64,000 nt of DNA from Chamaesiphon sp. (lineage in GTDB: Bacteria > Cyanobacteriota > Cyanobacteriia > Cyanobacteriales > Chamaesiphonaceae). The stretch covers positions 192,001-256,000 of the forward strand of contig CBDFFH010000002.1 in assembly GCA_965246715.1 (NCBI GenBank), written 5' to 3'. The position numbers and the translations under genes are program-made. Shown here piece by piece: positions 21,300 through 32,468 of the stretch (position 1 is the first letter of the stretch; each line of letters starts with the position of its first letter). The notes beneath the pieces were generated by a model, which did not search any database, was not told the origin of the DNA, and saw only the letters and a list, made by a program, of their open reading frames with translations.

Positions 21300-21434
21300 A
21301 ATTTGGATACCTCACAATTACGATTATAGAATACCTCACTAGATAGCGATCGACCCACGCAGACCAGGAAGTTAGTCTGCGTAGGCAGACTTTGCACCAC
21401 TAGCAGCGGTTTCAACCGCTGTTGTAACAGGTTC

Positions 21435-22391
21435 CTAACTCCCCCCAATTCGCGCCACATCGCGAGAATTCTCCTCAAACGCAGCATTGAGCGCATCATC
21501 ACCACTCAAGCCCGAAGCCAGCGCATTCTGAATCGCCTGCAACACCCGCTTATAGTCACGCGGCATCACCTTCACGAACTTCGGCACCATCTCATCCCAG
21601 TTGGCTAGCACTTCCGATGCTTTCTTACTCTTGGTATATCGGGCGTGCTTATCGATCGAGTCCTTCAACTTCCCAATCTCTTCAGCATCCGTCACCTTCT
21701 CTAACCCCACCATCTGCGTATTGCAGCGCGTCGGGAAATCGCCCTGCTCGTCGAGGATGTAGGCAACACCGCCACTCATCCCCGCTGCGAAATTGCGTCC
21801 GGTTTTACCTAATACGATCGCTTGTCCGCCTGTCATGTATTCACAACCATGATCGCCGATCGATTCTACAATTGCACTCACACCAGAATTACGCACACAG
21901 AACCGTTCGCCAGCCATGCCGTTGATGTAGATTTCGCCGCTGGTGGCTCCGTAGAGGGCGACGTTGCCGACGATGACGTTTTCGGCGGCGATGAAGGTGG
22001 ATTTGGGCGAGGGGTAAAGGATGATTTTACCGCCGCTGAGTCCTTTGCCGATGTAGTCGTTGGCATCGCCTTCGAGTTCGAGAGTGACTCCTTTGGGGAT
22101 GAATGCGCCGAAGCTTTGTCCGGCACTACCTTGGAATTTGAGGTGGACGGTATCGGCGGGGAGTCCGTGCCAGTGGTTTTTGGTGATTTCGTTACCGAGG
22201 ATGGTGCCTACGGCGCGGTTGACGTTGCAGATCGGGAGGGTGGCTTTAGTTGGTTTGCCGTGTTCAATTGAGTCTTTGCACAGGTCTAATAAAGTAGTAA
22301 TGTCGAGGGATTTGTCAAGTCCATGATCTTGGGCGATCTGGTGATAGCGTCCGACTTCTGCGCCTGCTTCTGGCTGGTAGAGCAGATTAGA
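21435..22391 (-). pseudogene. gltB: gltB 3'-end copy A (~957 bp, frame open, no 5' part)
   Basis: Colinear with 37245-38201, [10 protein letters not shown]...ARIGGS*, with many synonymous differences. Confidence 0.95.
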
Positions 22392-22422
22392 TGCGAGGGC
22401 GGCATTTGGCTCGATCGAAAGC

Positions 22423-22743
22423 TTGTCACCCGATCGAAGAGAGAAAAATGATATGATTAGTGCATGTATTAAGTATTGCGTTTATCTCAAGGATATACCT
22501 ACTGCGCTTTTAACTCCAGAGGAGCAAGATTTTATGAAGACGATGGCACAAATCGATGCTTGGTATGAAACTGAAATTAATAAGGCTAAACTTGAGGGTG
22601 AGCTTGAAGGTGAGCAACGTCAAAAACAGTCGATCGCACTTAAAATGATTCAAGAAAATATCCCCTTTGAGGTAATATCTCGGATTACTGGACTTAAAAT
22701 CGATCAATTACAACAACTTCAATCTTCACCAAACAATGGTTGA
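22423..22743 (+). pseudogene. C-terminal fragment of an Rpn/PD-(D/E)XK-like protein
   Basis: KAKLEGELEGEQRQKQSIALKM..ISRITGL tail is typical of these proteins; no nuclease domain. Confidence 0.55.
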
Positions 22744-22770
22744 TTGACCGTAATCGATCGAGCTTAATAT

Positions 22771-23166
22771 TTACCAAATTGTTTTCACATGAGGGTATTT
22801 TAGAATATTGTTGTCGCAGGTAATTAGTGGGACATCAGATCTTCTTGCCATCGCTACAATAATTCTGTCAGCAGGATCTTTATGGAAATCGCCTGGTAGT
22901 TGGGTACTGGCGATCGCGTCTTCAGGATTCAGTGCTTCGATTACTATTCCTGAGTGACTTTTGGCTAGGGCATACCAATCATCAATCGGTAAGGGTAATG
23001 CTAATTTACCCAGACTAGATTTTACGGCTATCTCCCACACTGAAATAGCTGAAACTAAGATGCCATTTTGGTCTTCTTCAATCTCGATCTGTGCTCGTGC
23101 AGCATTCGATAGTTGACTCGGATCGTGCAAGAGCCATAACCAAATATGGGTATCAATAACAATCAT
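22771..23166 (-). CDS. VapC/PIN toxin
   Basis: IDTHIWLW, SAISVWEI, HKDPADRIIVA and LITCD. Confidence 0.92.
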   Translation of the reverse strand: MIVIDTHIWLWLLHDPSQLSNAARAQIEIEEDQNGILVSAISVWEIAVKSSLGKLALPLPIDDWYALAKSHSGIVIEALNPEDAIASTQLPGDFHKDPADRIIVAMARRSDVPLITCDNNILKYPHVKTIW

Positions 23167-23396
23167 TCACCCAAAGCCATCCACAGATCGGTCATTGGGG
23201 CATCAAAATCAGGTTCGATCTGAATTGGCGTTCCGCGCAAGGGATAATGTTTTTGGTCGTTTAACTTAGTCTCGTTCTGGGTTGTGGCTGTTACTGGGTA
23301 GTTACTACCGAGGGAGCGGATAAAGTCTAAAAGGCTTAGTTGCATTGGTTCGGGGATTTTCTCTAGTTCCCGGACTATCGATTCTATCGTACTCAT
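23163..23396 (-). CDS. Antitoxin (DUF2281-like)
   Basis: ELEKIPE..LLDFIRSL..PDFDAP; ATGA overlap with vapC. Confidence 0.75.
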   Translation of the reverse strand: MSTIESIVRELEKIPEPMQLSLLDFIRSLGSNYPVTATTQNETKLNDQKHYPLRGTPIQIEPDFDAPMTDLWMALGE

Positions 23397-23924
23397 GATG
23401 TAATGGGGTAAATTGAATATGATTCAATTTTACCATTCTCACATTTAGGCAACAAGGATCGATCAAATTGTCAGAGACTACCTCCGGTAGGCTACGCCAA
23501 TGAGTCATAGTAACAGCATCGAATCCCCAACTCTCACAATCAAAAACACTAAAATTATCAATATCAAGTTAACTATAAACTTTTGTTTAATGCATGTCGT
23601 AAAATAGTCTCTGTATATTGTGCATGTTCGTTGGTATGTCCTGTTGTTTCAACTGAGACAGCCATTCTAGTATCTTGGCTATCATATAGATGAATATAGA
23701 AAATATGTTGCCCATCTTGCGTTCTGCGATTAGATCTTTGTAAATCATTCACGGGCGCAGCAAAGGCCGCATCATTGTATCTGACAAGATCGATCCATTC
23801 TAAATCTTCTAGCCGATGCCTTAGTGTGTCCCAACTTCTGGGGCGATGATGAGCAAATCCCTCCTGGACATTAACAACTTGATTTCTATCTCTATGAGAG
23901 ACAGGAGGTGCGTTAACCCTCTGT

Positions 23925-24040
23925 TCTAATTCATTGTTTTCATTGCGTAGATTATCAACGCTTTGCTGTAGGTTATTATTTTCATTGCGTAGATTGTTAA
24001 CGCTTTGCTGTAAATTATTATTTTCATTGCGTAGATTTTC
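23925..24040. repeat. 42-bp coding tandem repeat (NLRNENNNLQQSVx), about 3 units
   Basis: TTTTCATTGCGTAGATT recurs at 42-bp spacing. Confidence 0.85.
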
Positions 24041-24091
24041 AATTGTTTGATTGTTATCATCATCGATCATTCCGATTATATCCTGTCGCTC

Positions 24092-25506
24092 GGCTCTACC
24101 GAACTTGCTATGCTAAGTAGTGGATAAGAATCAAGTTTAATTGACAAAATTGATAATTTTGAGTTATGGAAGCTTGGTGCAGCATAAATGACAGATTTTA
24201 TTATAGAATAGTAAGATCTTGATTTCTGGCAACAAATAAGCTTGAATTGCATTATGTCATCCAAATCGCAACTAAAAACCATTAATGAAATTCTTAATAT
24301 CGACGGAATGACCGTCACTGCTTATAAGATCTTAGATGAAATCGGTTATTTTATTTATCTAGAAAATCAGCAATTAAAAGCAGTGTGTCCTCATTGTGGA
24401 ACTGAAAGTAATAAACTTCATGAGAATCACCAATTAACAGTGAGAGATCTACCATTCGGTGAACATGATGTTTACCTTAAAATTAATCGTCGTCAATTCA
24501 AGTGTATGAGTTGTGGTCGAAAATTCAGTGAGGAATTAAATTTCATCAAAAAGAGAAGTCATTTCACCGAGCGAATGAAGCAGAAGATTGTCGAAGAGAG
24601 TCTAGCTAGTGATATTAAAAGTGTTGCCAAAAGAAATGGATTAAGTGAGCAAGAAGTGGAGACAATAATCAAAAAAGCTGGGGTAAATCTAGTGCAAAAA
24701 AAGCCAGAGAATTTAACCAGACTAGGAATTGATGAAATTGCCTTTGTTAAAGGGCAAAAAAACTATTGTGCGGTGTTAGTAGATCTAGAAAAAAGAGAGT
24801 TAATAGCCATCTTACCAAAAAGGACTCAAGAATGTATTGGTGAGTGCTTGAAGTCTTGGGGTTCGGAGGTTTTGAACCAAATTACAGAAGTAAGTATCGA
24901 TCTATTTTCATCATACAAAAGTCTGGTAAATGAATTGATACCAAATGCTGAAGTGGTTGGAGACAGATTTCATGTAATGAAACAGATAAATGAAGAGTTA
25001 GATCGAGAGAGAATTAAAATCAAAAGAGAGGCTGAGAGGGTGAAGAACAAAGATGAAAAGAACAAGAAATTAGCAGCATTAACTCACAGTAAATATGCAA
25101 TACTCAAAAACGAAGCGGATTTGAATGAATTGCAAAAAGAGAAGTTGAAAGAGATTGGAGACGTTTTTCCAGAATTAGCAGCAATGCACAAAACAAAAGA
25201 GTTATTTAGAGATATATTTGAATCAAAAACAGATTGGGGAAATGGGCTAATAAGCTTGTGTGACTGGCTCAAGAATGCTTGTGGGAAATTCCCCAAGAGT
25301 TGTGGAACTATTAAAAGATGGATTGGTGAAATAATTGCCTATTTTGATAATAGAACAACTCAAGGAGTCGTCGAAGGAATTAACAATAAACTCAAGCTAA
25401 TAAAAAGAATGGGATATGGGTTTAGAAATTTTGAGAATTTTCAGATCAGAAGTTTGCTAGCATGGCATTTCAATCCTTGATTTAGCATAGTAAGTTCGGT
25501 AGAACC
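24092..25506 (+). mobile_element. ISL3-family IS
   Basis: IR GGCTCTACCGAACTT..CTATGCTAA / TTAGCATAG..AAGTTCGGTAGAACC; 8-bp TSD TGTCGCTC. Confidence 0.93.
24242..25480 (+). CDS. ISL3-family transposase
   Basis: CPHC/CMSC zinc finger, LGIDE, SIDL, DRFHV and EGINNKLKLIKR. Confidence 0.95.
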   Translation: MNCIMSSKSQLKTINEILNIDGMTVTAYKILDEIGYFIYLENQQLKAVCPHCGTESNKLHENHQLTVRDLPFGEHDVYLKINRRQFKCMSCGRKFSEELNFIKKRSHFTERMKQKIVEESLASDIKSVAKRNGLSEQEVETIIKKAGVNLVQKKPENLTRLGIDEIAFVKGQKNYCAVLVDLEKRELIAILPKRTQECIGECLKSWGSEVLNQITEVSIDLFSSYKSLVNELIPNAEVVGDRFHVMKQINEELDRERIKIKREAERVKNKDEKNKKLAALTHSKYAILKNEADLNELQKEKLKEIGDVFPELAAMHKTKELFRDIFESKTDWGNGLISLCDWLKNACGKFPKSCGTIKRWIGEIIAYFDNRTTQGVVEGINNKLKLIKRMGYGFRNFENFQIRSLLAWHFNP

Positions 25507-26527
25507 TGTCGCTCTAGATCGAGCTGTTCTCTCTCTTGTTCGAGTTGTTGCGCGTTTTGCTCAGATTCAATCGCTCTTTGTTCAGCATCAATTGCCCTTT
25601 GTTCGGCTTCCAGCTTCTCTGCCTGAGTTCTAGATTCTGATTTTTGAATAGATTCAGCAATTTCTCGATATTCACGAGCACTATCACGAGCTTCAATAGT
25701 AGCTTGATTTGCAGAAAGAACTTGGTCTGTAGCCTGCCGAATTTTTCTCTCACTCTCTAGTTTTACCTCAGTAGCTTGACGAATTTTCTGCTCTGCTTCT
25801 AGCTCTTGGCGATCGGCCCTAACTTTTATATAAGATGCTAATTCTGTTAATAGCCAAACAAGAACACCTGTCAGTATTGCAGAACCAGTAATTGCATTAT
25901 AAACTTTTTGCCACTGTTGTTCCAAGGATTTTGCCACCATGATAGCAGTTCAGATTGAAAGGATGGTGGATTTCCTCTTAATAGATAAACTCTGCCGATA
26001 ACATTTCCGCGATTTTGTTTACCAGTTGAAACTTTTTGAATAGAACGAGGACTATCGAACTTCCATTCTTGTTCGATCGGAGCTGGATCGCGTAATATGA
26101 GAAAATCTCCATTTAGCTTCTGCGCCGGATAATCTGTATCGTTAAATCTTTCAGCCCAGGTTGGCGAATATTGATATTTTTGTATCTCTAATTTCTGTTT
26201 GCCATCCGGTGCTGTTTTTACGATTGCTTTTGAGGCATAGATGATTTTTTGCTGCCGACAGTCTAATTTATCAGACTTGCAATCAGTTACAATAATACCA
26301 AATAGTCCATAGTTGCTATCTAAGGTTTCTTGTAAGCCTTTTGGGTCATTATTCAATAGTTGCGTTGATAGTTTAGTGGGCAGTGTATTAGCTAAAATAT
26401 TAAAATCAACTGTCTGAACTCTTTTGACAGTAACATTCCAATAGTTTTCATTATTGTAATAAATAGTACATACGCTGGTTAGTGTCGAAAACCCTAAAGC
26501 ACCAATCAGTCGGATTGCCGAGCTTTT

Positions 26528-26665
26528 AGCGCATTCCCAATCGCTTGCAACACCCGCTTATAGTCACGCGGCATCACCTTCACAAACTTCGGCACCATCT
26601 CATCCTAATTCGCCAGCACGGACATCGCTTTCTGACTCTTGGTATATTGGGCGTGTTTCTCGATC
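26528..26665 (-). pseudogene. gltB: gltB 3'-end copy B (short, internal stop, truncated at both ends)
   Basis: [41 protein letters not shown]. Confidence 0.9.
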
Positions 26666-26675
26666 TCAAATTGAG

Positions 26676-27014
26676 TTATTCCTCTGTTAGATCGGGTTCC
26701 AAATCCAATGCAAATAAGATCGCTTGTTTAATTTTCAGCATCACATCATCGGGTAGCTGCCCTAATTTTCTTTCCAATCTGACTGTTGGTATCGAAGCGA
26801 TCCCTTGAACATTGGCGATCGAATCTCGATCTAGAAACCGAAGTCTTGGCAAGACAACTTCGTATGAACTATCTCGATACTGAGTTGTCAATGGCACATA
26901 GATTGCCAGTGCCCTTGGGGGATCTAGATCGTGGCGGGAGACAATTACAACTGGACGAGTTTTCGCAGCTATCCCCAGATCCGCTAGCCACACTTCACCA
27001 GGATTAAGGTTCAT
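26676..27014 (-). CDS. PemK/MazF-family toxin
   Basis: PGEVWLADLG..KTRPVVIVS, VPLTT, RKLGQL. Confidence 0.88.
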   Translation of the reverse strand: MNLNPGEVWLADLGIAAKTRPVVIVSRHDLDPPRALAIYVPLTTQYRDSSYEVVLPRLRFLDRDSIANVQGIASIPTVRLERKLGQLPDDVMLKIKQAILFALDLEPDLTEE

Positions 27015-27192
27015 CGATTAAATCCAGCACATCTTGTTCGACAGTTCGCGATGGCAGTAAATCGAGAATATCGCGATCTGCCAAATCAATAATTTCTGAG
27101 ATATATTGACGGACTCGATCGGATATTTCTGGCTTCCACTCTTGCAATTTAATTCCTAGTCTTTCAGTCAAGGCATCCATCAGTATCTCCAT
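27004..27192 (-). CDS. Putative antitoxin
   Basis: Small ORF overlapping the toxin start; its N-terminal ~60 aa are nearly identical to 36849-37130. Confidence 0.75.
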   Translation of the reverse strand: MEILMDALTERLGIKLQEWKPEISDRVRQYISEIIDLADRDILDLLPSRTVEQDVLDLIDEP

Positions 27193-27329
27193 TGCAAATG
27201 ATGGGACATTTCTATTTTGCCAAGTTTATGACAGCATAACAAGTAAACAGAGCAATGCTTTTAGACCATTCTACTAGCATTGCCTCACTCGTGCGCCCCT
27301 GGCGGAGCTTTGCTCATCGATCTAACGTC

Positions 27330-28001
27330 TTAACTCCCCCCAATTCGCGCCACATCGCGAGAATTTTCCTCAAACGCAGCATCTAGAGCATCATCGCCAC
27401 TCAACCCCGAAGCCAGCGCATTCTGAATCGCTTGCAACACCCGTTTATAGTCACGCGGCATTACCTTCACAAACTTCGGCACCATTTCATCCCAATTAGC
27501 CAGCACTTCTGTTGCTTTCTGACTCTTGGTATATTGAGCGTGTTGCTCGATCGAACCCTTTAACTTCTCAATCTCCTCAGCATCCGTCAGCGTTTCCAAT
27601 CCCACCATCTGGGTATTGCAGCGTGTCGGGAAATCACCCTGCTCGTCGAGGATGTAGTGGCAACTCCGGCGGCGATCGTGCCGACTCCGACTTCGGATAC
27701 TAGTTTGACGTTGATTCGGGCTTCCCGATTGGCATTTTTGAGATCGTGGATCAGTTCGGCGAGATCTTCGATCGAGTAGATGTCATGGTGCGGTGGGGGT
27801 GAAATCAGCCCTAAGCCTGGGGTGGAGTGACGAACTTTGGCAATCCAGGGATAGACTTTTTTGCCTGGGAGTTGTCCGCCTTCGCCTGGTTTGGCTCCCT
27901 GTGCCATTTTGATCTGGATTTCTTTGGCTTGGGAGAGGTAGAGGCTGGTAACGCCAAATCGTCCTGATGCGACTTGTTTGATGCCGCTATTTTTCGAGTC
28001 G
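27330..28001 (-). pseudogene. gltB: gltB 3'-end copy C with an internal ~1.14 kb deletion
   Basis: [18 protein letters not shown] is joined at ~27657 to YILDEQ..ARIGGS*. Confidence 0.93.
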
Positions 28002-28055
28002 ATCGAGATGTTAATATGTCTCTATTCCGACCGTTAGTAGGCTCCACCACCGAGC

Positions 28056-28994
28056 ATGAGTAAAAGCATCGACCATGACCAGTTGTTCAAGCAACTATTA
28101 ACGACTTTCTTTCTGGAGTTTCTAGAATTATTTACACCAGAATTCTTCGCCGCGATCGATCCTCAGAGTCTTGAAATTCTCCCGCTCGAATACTTTACCG
28201 ACATCGAAGCTGGCGAACGCAAGGCGATGGATGTCATTGTCAGAGTTAATCTTCTCGGTCGTCCCAATGCTCCACCTAGCAGTCGAGTGTCGGTAGTCGT
28301 CAATTGCGAACACCAATCCACTACCCAAGCTAATTTTCATCGGCGGATGTTCTTTTACTTCGCGCAACTGCATCGGAAGTACTTACAGCCAGTCTACCCG
28401 ATCGCGTTATTCTCCTTTGATGAGCCATATCGACCGGAACGAGATTCTTATCAGGTTCGAGTGCCTGGTTTGCAGGTGATGGATTTCAATTTCCTGACGA
28501 TCCAACTCAATCGATTGGACTGGAGAGAGTTTGTGGCTCAACCCAATCCAGTCGCAGCGGCGTTAATGGCTAAGATGGAAATCGATCCAGCAGATCGCCC
28601 ACGGGTTAAGGTGGAGTGTTTGCGGATGATTGCGAACCTCAAGTTAGATAAGGCGAGAACTTTTCTGATATCGGGATTCATCGATAATTATCTGCGGCTG
28701 AATCCGATTGAAGAGCAGCAGTTTCAGGTTGAAGTTGATAAAATTAAATTACCTACAGAACGGGAGAACGTGATGGAACTTACTACTAGTTGGATGGAGA
28801 AAGGAATAATACAAGGTCGGGAGTCAGAAGGAAGGGGATTAGTAGTCAAGCTTCTAACTCGGAAACTCGGCAACCTCTCGCCAGAACTTTTATCGCGGGT
28901 AAATGGTTTGAATCTCGATCGAGTGGAAGTCTTGGCAGAAGATTTGTTAGATTTTACCAATGTGGGAGATTTAGAGCGGTGGCTGGCGGTTTGA
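28056..28994 (+). CDS. Rpn-like PD-(D/E)XK protein with a DUF4351-type C-terminus
   Basis: DHDQLFKQLL, CEHQS, RRMFFYF, TSWMEKG and LAEDLLDF motifs. Confidence 0.82.
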   Translation: MSKSIDHDQLFKQLLTTFFLEFLELFTPEFFAAIDPQSLEILPLEYFTDIEAGERKAMDVIVRVNLLGRPNAPPSSRVSVVVNCEHQSTTQANFHRRMFFYFAQLHRKYLQPVYPIALFSFDEPYRPERDSYQVRVPGLQVMDFNFLTIQLNRLDWREFVAQPNPVAAALMAKMEIDPADRPRVKVECLRMIANLKLDKARTFLISGFIDNYLRLNPIEEQQFQVEVDKIKLPTERENVMELTTSWMEKGIIQGRESEGRGLVVKLLTRKLGNLSPELLSRVNGLNLDRVEVLAEDLLDFTNVGDLERWLAV

Positions 28995-29271
28995 CTTTGT
29001 TAATACCGTTCTTACTCGATTGGATCGATCGTTAGATCGAGTCATTGGCATCTATGTTGCTATTGGAATGGTCGAAACTTTGAGAAATGATAAATTTTTA
29101 TGACAGATACTACTAAAATTAATAAATTTATCTCTGGAAATGATTAGAATGAACATGTTTCAGTTCTGAAACAAAAAATATTTAGAAGAAATTAGATTAG
29201 ATAGTAAGTGCCTTAATTTAGATGAACAGTGACTCTTGAAAATCCGCTTGTAATTAAGTAGGGAAGATAAA

Positions 29272-31011
29272 ATGAGTGCATGTCAAACAGTTAATGTATG
29301 GACAACAGAAAAAGTTCTAGTTCCAATTGTCTCCTTCATAACGCGAGCGCGAGAAGTATGCCAAGAGTTAAGACAACAAATTGAGGAACAGGTCAGTCAG
29401 CCTGTTGAGAATTGGATTTCTCAACAAGAAAGAAGATGTCGTGATCTTCCTTGGTGGAATCCTGTAAGATGGTTTTGCGAAATTGTTAGTGTTGTAGTTA
29501 AGGTAGTTACTTGGGTTGTAATTACGGTTGTTAAGTGGGTTATCACGATAGTTTGTCAAATTGTTACCGAAGTTATCGGTGCAATTGTGACTTTTGTTCT
29601 TCGAGTTATAGCTTGGTTAGTTTCTTTCGCCGTCTGCCTTTTTACCGATCCGCTTGATGCTCTTAAATCATTTCGGGATCTTTGGGGAATTATCCTCGAT
29701 CTAGTAGATGATATTTTTGATATTGTTAAAGTTCTGATAAATGATATCGCTGGTATTTTGGATGATATAGACAATCTACTTGGTTCTTTAGCTGACTCAC
29801 TAGGAATTGTAGGCGCAGTAATCTTTGGTATATTCCGTGGAGCGGTTCAAATTGCGAGAGATGTCGTGAATATTGTTCGCGATTTTATCGAAGGAATACA
29901 AAATTTAGTAGGAGGTATCTTAGGTCTAAATCTTTGTCGTATTTTATCAGGACTATCTGATATTGGAATCGGAGCTGTTATGGCTATCATTCGTACTGGT
30001 GGAGGATTTATACCTCTTATTATTGTACGTGCGGCTGGAAACATCGTTGCAGGCGTTCGTGATTCAGCTAATCTTAACCGGATTGAAGATATAATTACGG
30101 ATGCTCTCAATAATGCTTTTCCTGAAGATCCAGAGCGAAAGGAACGTGCAATCAAGCGAATTGGTTTGGGAAATCGTCCAATGGGACTCCCTTTTACCTC
30201 CCAGCCCCGACGATATTTTCTCTCTTCTCGATCGAGTGACATCGATTTACGAGTGCTTCACAAAGAAGAAATCATAAATTTATATGAGCTTGCAGGTTAT
30301 TTTTCTGGGTGCAAAGATGCTCTAAACCGTCCTCGCGGAGAGGTCGTTTATGCAGGAACAGATTTGAAAGTTTCGTATGCTGATTTAAGCCGCTTCTTAG
30401 ATGAAGGAGTAGAGGCAGCACCAGCCTTTAATGTTTATCCAATTACCAAAGCAGTATTTACGAGATATCTATATATAGCTCGTCGTAAGTCACAGCAACT
30501 TGGGATCAAGCTATATTGGAATTCTATTGATGAATTACCCATCGAAAAACCTGACCAAGTTCAATTTATGATTGCTAACGGAGGTTCTGGTGTCCAATCA
30601 TTACTTGAGCAGCAACTTGCTCGTTTTGGTCGCACAGGCAACAACGATGACTTATCTCAAATTCCTAATTTGGCTGTATTTAACTTCAGCCCAAATAATT
30701 TCAATGGAATTACTTCATGGTTTAGACCACCATTAACTGATGCTAAGACTGGGATTGCTTTCAAAGATCGTTTTCCTGAATTTGCCTTTCGTTGGGTGCT
30801 TATTCACGAACTAGGTCATTACTGGGGGTTGAATCATCACGGTGGACTTGAATCCATTATGTTTACTCCAAACGATAGTCCCACCCCTGTTACGCCAGAA
30901 ACAGTTTTGGAGTATCTATTACTGTCAGGTGAACCCAATTTTAATCTTCAGGATGCGAGAGATACATGGTCATGGATTACGAAAACTGCTAGTAAATCTT
31001 TACTTCCTTAA
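29272..31011 (+). CDS. Hypothetical membrane protein with a C-terminal metzincin-like zinc-protease motif
   Basis: Cys/Trp/Val-rich hydrophobic N-terminus; HELGHYWGLNH followed by a SIM Met-turn. Confidence 0.7.
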   Translation: MSACQTVNVWTTEKVLVPIVSFITRAREVCQELRQQIEEQVSQPVENWISQQERRCRDLPWWNPVRWFCEIVSVVVKVVTWVVITVVKWVITIVCQIVTEVIGAIVTFVLRVIAWLVSFAVCLFTDPLDALKSFRDLWGIILDLVDDIFDIVKVLINDIAGILDDIDNLLGSLADSLGIVGAVIFGIFRGAVQIARDVVNIVRDFIEGIQNLVGGILGLNLCRILSGLSDIGIGAVMAIIRTGGGFIPLIIVRAAGNIVAGVRDSANLNRIEDIITDALNNAFPEDPERKERAIKRIGLGNRPMGLPFTSQPRRYFLSSRSSDIDLRVLHKEEIINLYELAGYFSGCKDALNRPRGEVVYAGTDLKVSYADLSRFLDEGVEAAPAFNVYPITKAVFTRYLYIARRKSQQLGIKLYWNSIDELPIEKPDQVQFMIANGGSGVQSLLEQQLARFGRTGNNDDLSQIPNLAVFNFSPNNFNGITSWFRPPLTDAKTGIAFKDRFPEFAFRWVLIHELGHYWGLNHHGGLESIMFTPNDSPTPVTPETVLEYLLLSGEPNFNLQDARDTWSWITKTASKSLLP

Positions 31012-31025
31012 ATGGAGAGACTGAA

Positions 31026-31406
31026 ATGATATATACGATTAGTGATACTTTGTCAGTGAGCGAATTAAAGTTAGCAGCTACAAGACGGATGGTGACTCGA
31101 ATTGAAATAAAAATCCCTGATACTGACGAATCAATTCAAAAACAATTAGCCTATAAACTCACTCGTTCCATTCGTGCTTGTGGATGCGAAATAGGAGCAA
31201 TTTTTTTTACTGCAACGTTGATTTTATTTACAGTCTTAGCCTTCGGAGCAGACAGACCTGTGTTAGAGGTAATTCGTAACAATGCTGTAATAGAAGTATT
31301 CGCATTACTATGTAGCACTATAGCGGGTAAGGCTATAGGTTTAGCCTATGCACAAATTGAGCTTTGGCAAACTCTGAATAAAGTTCAAGTTTTACTACAG
31401 AAATGA
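31026..31406 (+). CDS. Hypothetical two-TM protein
   Basis: ACGC motif followed by two hydrophobic helices; operonic spacing. Confidence 0.65.
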   Translation: MIYTISDTLSVSELKLAATRRMVTRIEIKIPDTDESIQKQLAYKLTRSIRACGCEIGAIFFTATLILFTVLAFGADRPVLEVIRNNAVIEVFALLCSTIAGKAIGLAYAQIELWQTLNKVQVLLQK

Positions 31407-31469
31407 TGATCTAACCGAAATGATTCATTATTTTCCTCGATTGACTGCCCAGTAATCAGGTTAAGTATC

Positions 31470-32459
31470 ATGCAACTTTTTCCAGCTTTGATTCGCGATT
31501 TATTTGTGAATTCTTGGTCAGCATTATACCAAGTGTTTACCATTTTTGTTGATTATGTGCGCCGACTCTGCATAGAGAAGCGCGTGCCAGAAAGGATTCG
31601 ACGACTCTCAACAGATCCGTGTGTTGCAATCCAAAGACCAGAATTCAAGCGACCAGATCCACTCATCTATTCACAGTCATATTTGATGGAACAGGGGTTG
31701 GCTGTCACTTGGGATAATCCTGACATTGAGCTTCGCCGTAATGGTGTAGTAGTTCCTTCTGAAAAATTGGAACTCGATACTGAGTATGAAATTGTTGCAA
31801 CTGTATGGAATAATTCTACCGATGCTCCCGTAATACAGTTGCCAGTCTCATTTTCCTTTTTGAGTTTTGGTGCTGGCACACTAGAGCAAACCATTGGTAT
31901 TAATAAGGTCGATCTAGGGGTAAAAGGTGGCTTAAATCACCCAGCATTCGCCACTATATTTTGGCGGACACCAAATATTCCTGGACACTATTGTATTCAA
32001 ACAGAACTTCAATGGAAAGATGACTTAAATCAGAAAAACAACCTTGGTCAAGAGAACACGCTGGTTGGGGTAATTAGTTCTCCAGCTAAATTTCAATTTT
32101 CACTTCGCAACAGTGATTCAGTCGCCCGCCAGTTTAGATTTGAAATTGATACCTATACTTTACCAAAACTGATTACCTGTCCTCAACGTGAAGATTCCAA
32201 ACAATCACCACAAAACACTGGTTCTCTGCGATTACAAACAATACGCGAACGTCACAATCGACAGAATTTTCCACTTCCGGAAGGTTGGAATGTCTCATTT
32301 AACACTTCACAACCACTCTTACAACCAGGAGAAGAGATTGCAATCGATGTGTCTGCCGAAGCTCCCACTGGATTTCGTGGACGGCAGCCAATCAACTTAA
32401 ACGTGTTTCATGAGGAAGGATTCTTCGGTGGAGTTACTCTTTATGCTGTAAGCCAATGA
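31470..32459 (+). CDS. Hypothetical protein with predicted Ig/CARDB-like beta domains
   Basis: PDPLIYSQ, WDNPDI, GHYCI and NNLGQEN; beta-rich. Confidence 0.65.
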   Translation: MQLFPALIRDLFVNSWSALYQVFTIFVDYVRRLCIEKRVPERIRRLSTDPCVAIQRPEFKRPDPLIYSQSYLMEQGLAVTWDNPDIELRRNGVVVPSEKLELDTEYEIVATVWNNSTDAPVIQLPVSFSFLSFGAGTLEQTIGINKVDLGVKGGLNHPAFATIFWRTPNIPGHYCIQTELQWKDDLNQKNNLGQENTLVGVISSPAKFQFSLRNSDSVARQFRFEIDTYTLPKLITCPQREDSKQSPQNTGSLRLQTIRERHNRQNFPLPEGWNVSFNTSQPLLQPGEEIAIDVSAEAPTGFRGRQPINLNVFHEEGFFGGVTLYAVSQ

Positions 32460-32468
32460 GGTAATGAC

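Larger units (their letters stand above)
23573..26515 (-). pseudogene. Membrane/coiled-coil protein broken by a 5' truncation, a frameshift (~25905) and ISL3
   Basis: ORFs 25871-26356, 25482-25940 and 23573-24070 join into one gene; LDLERQ|DIIGMIDDD is in frame across the IS. Confidence 0.75.
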
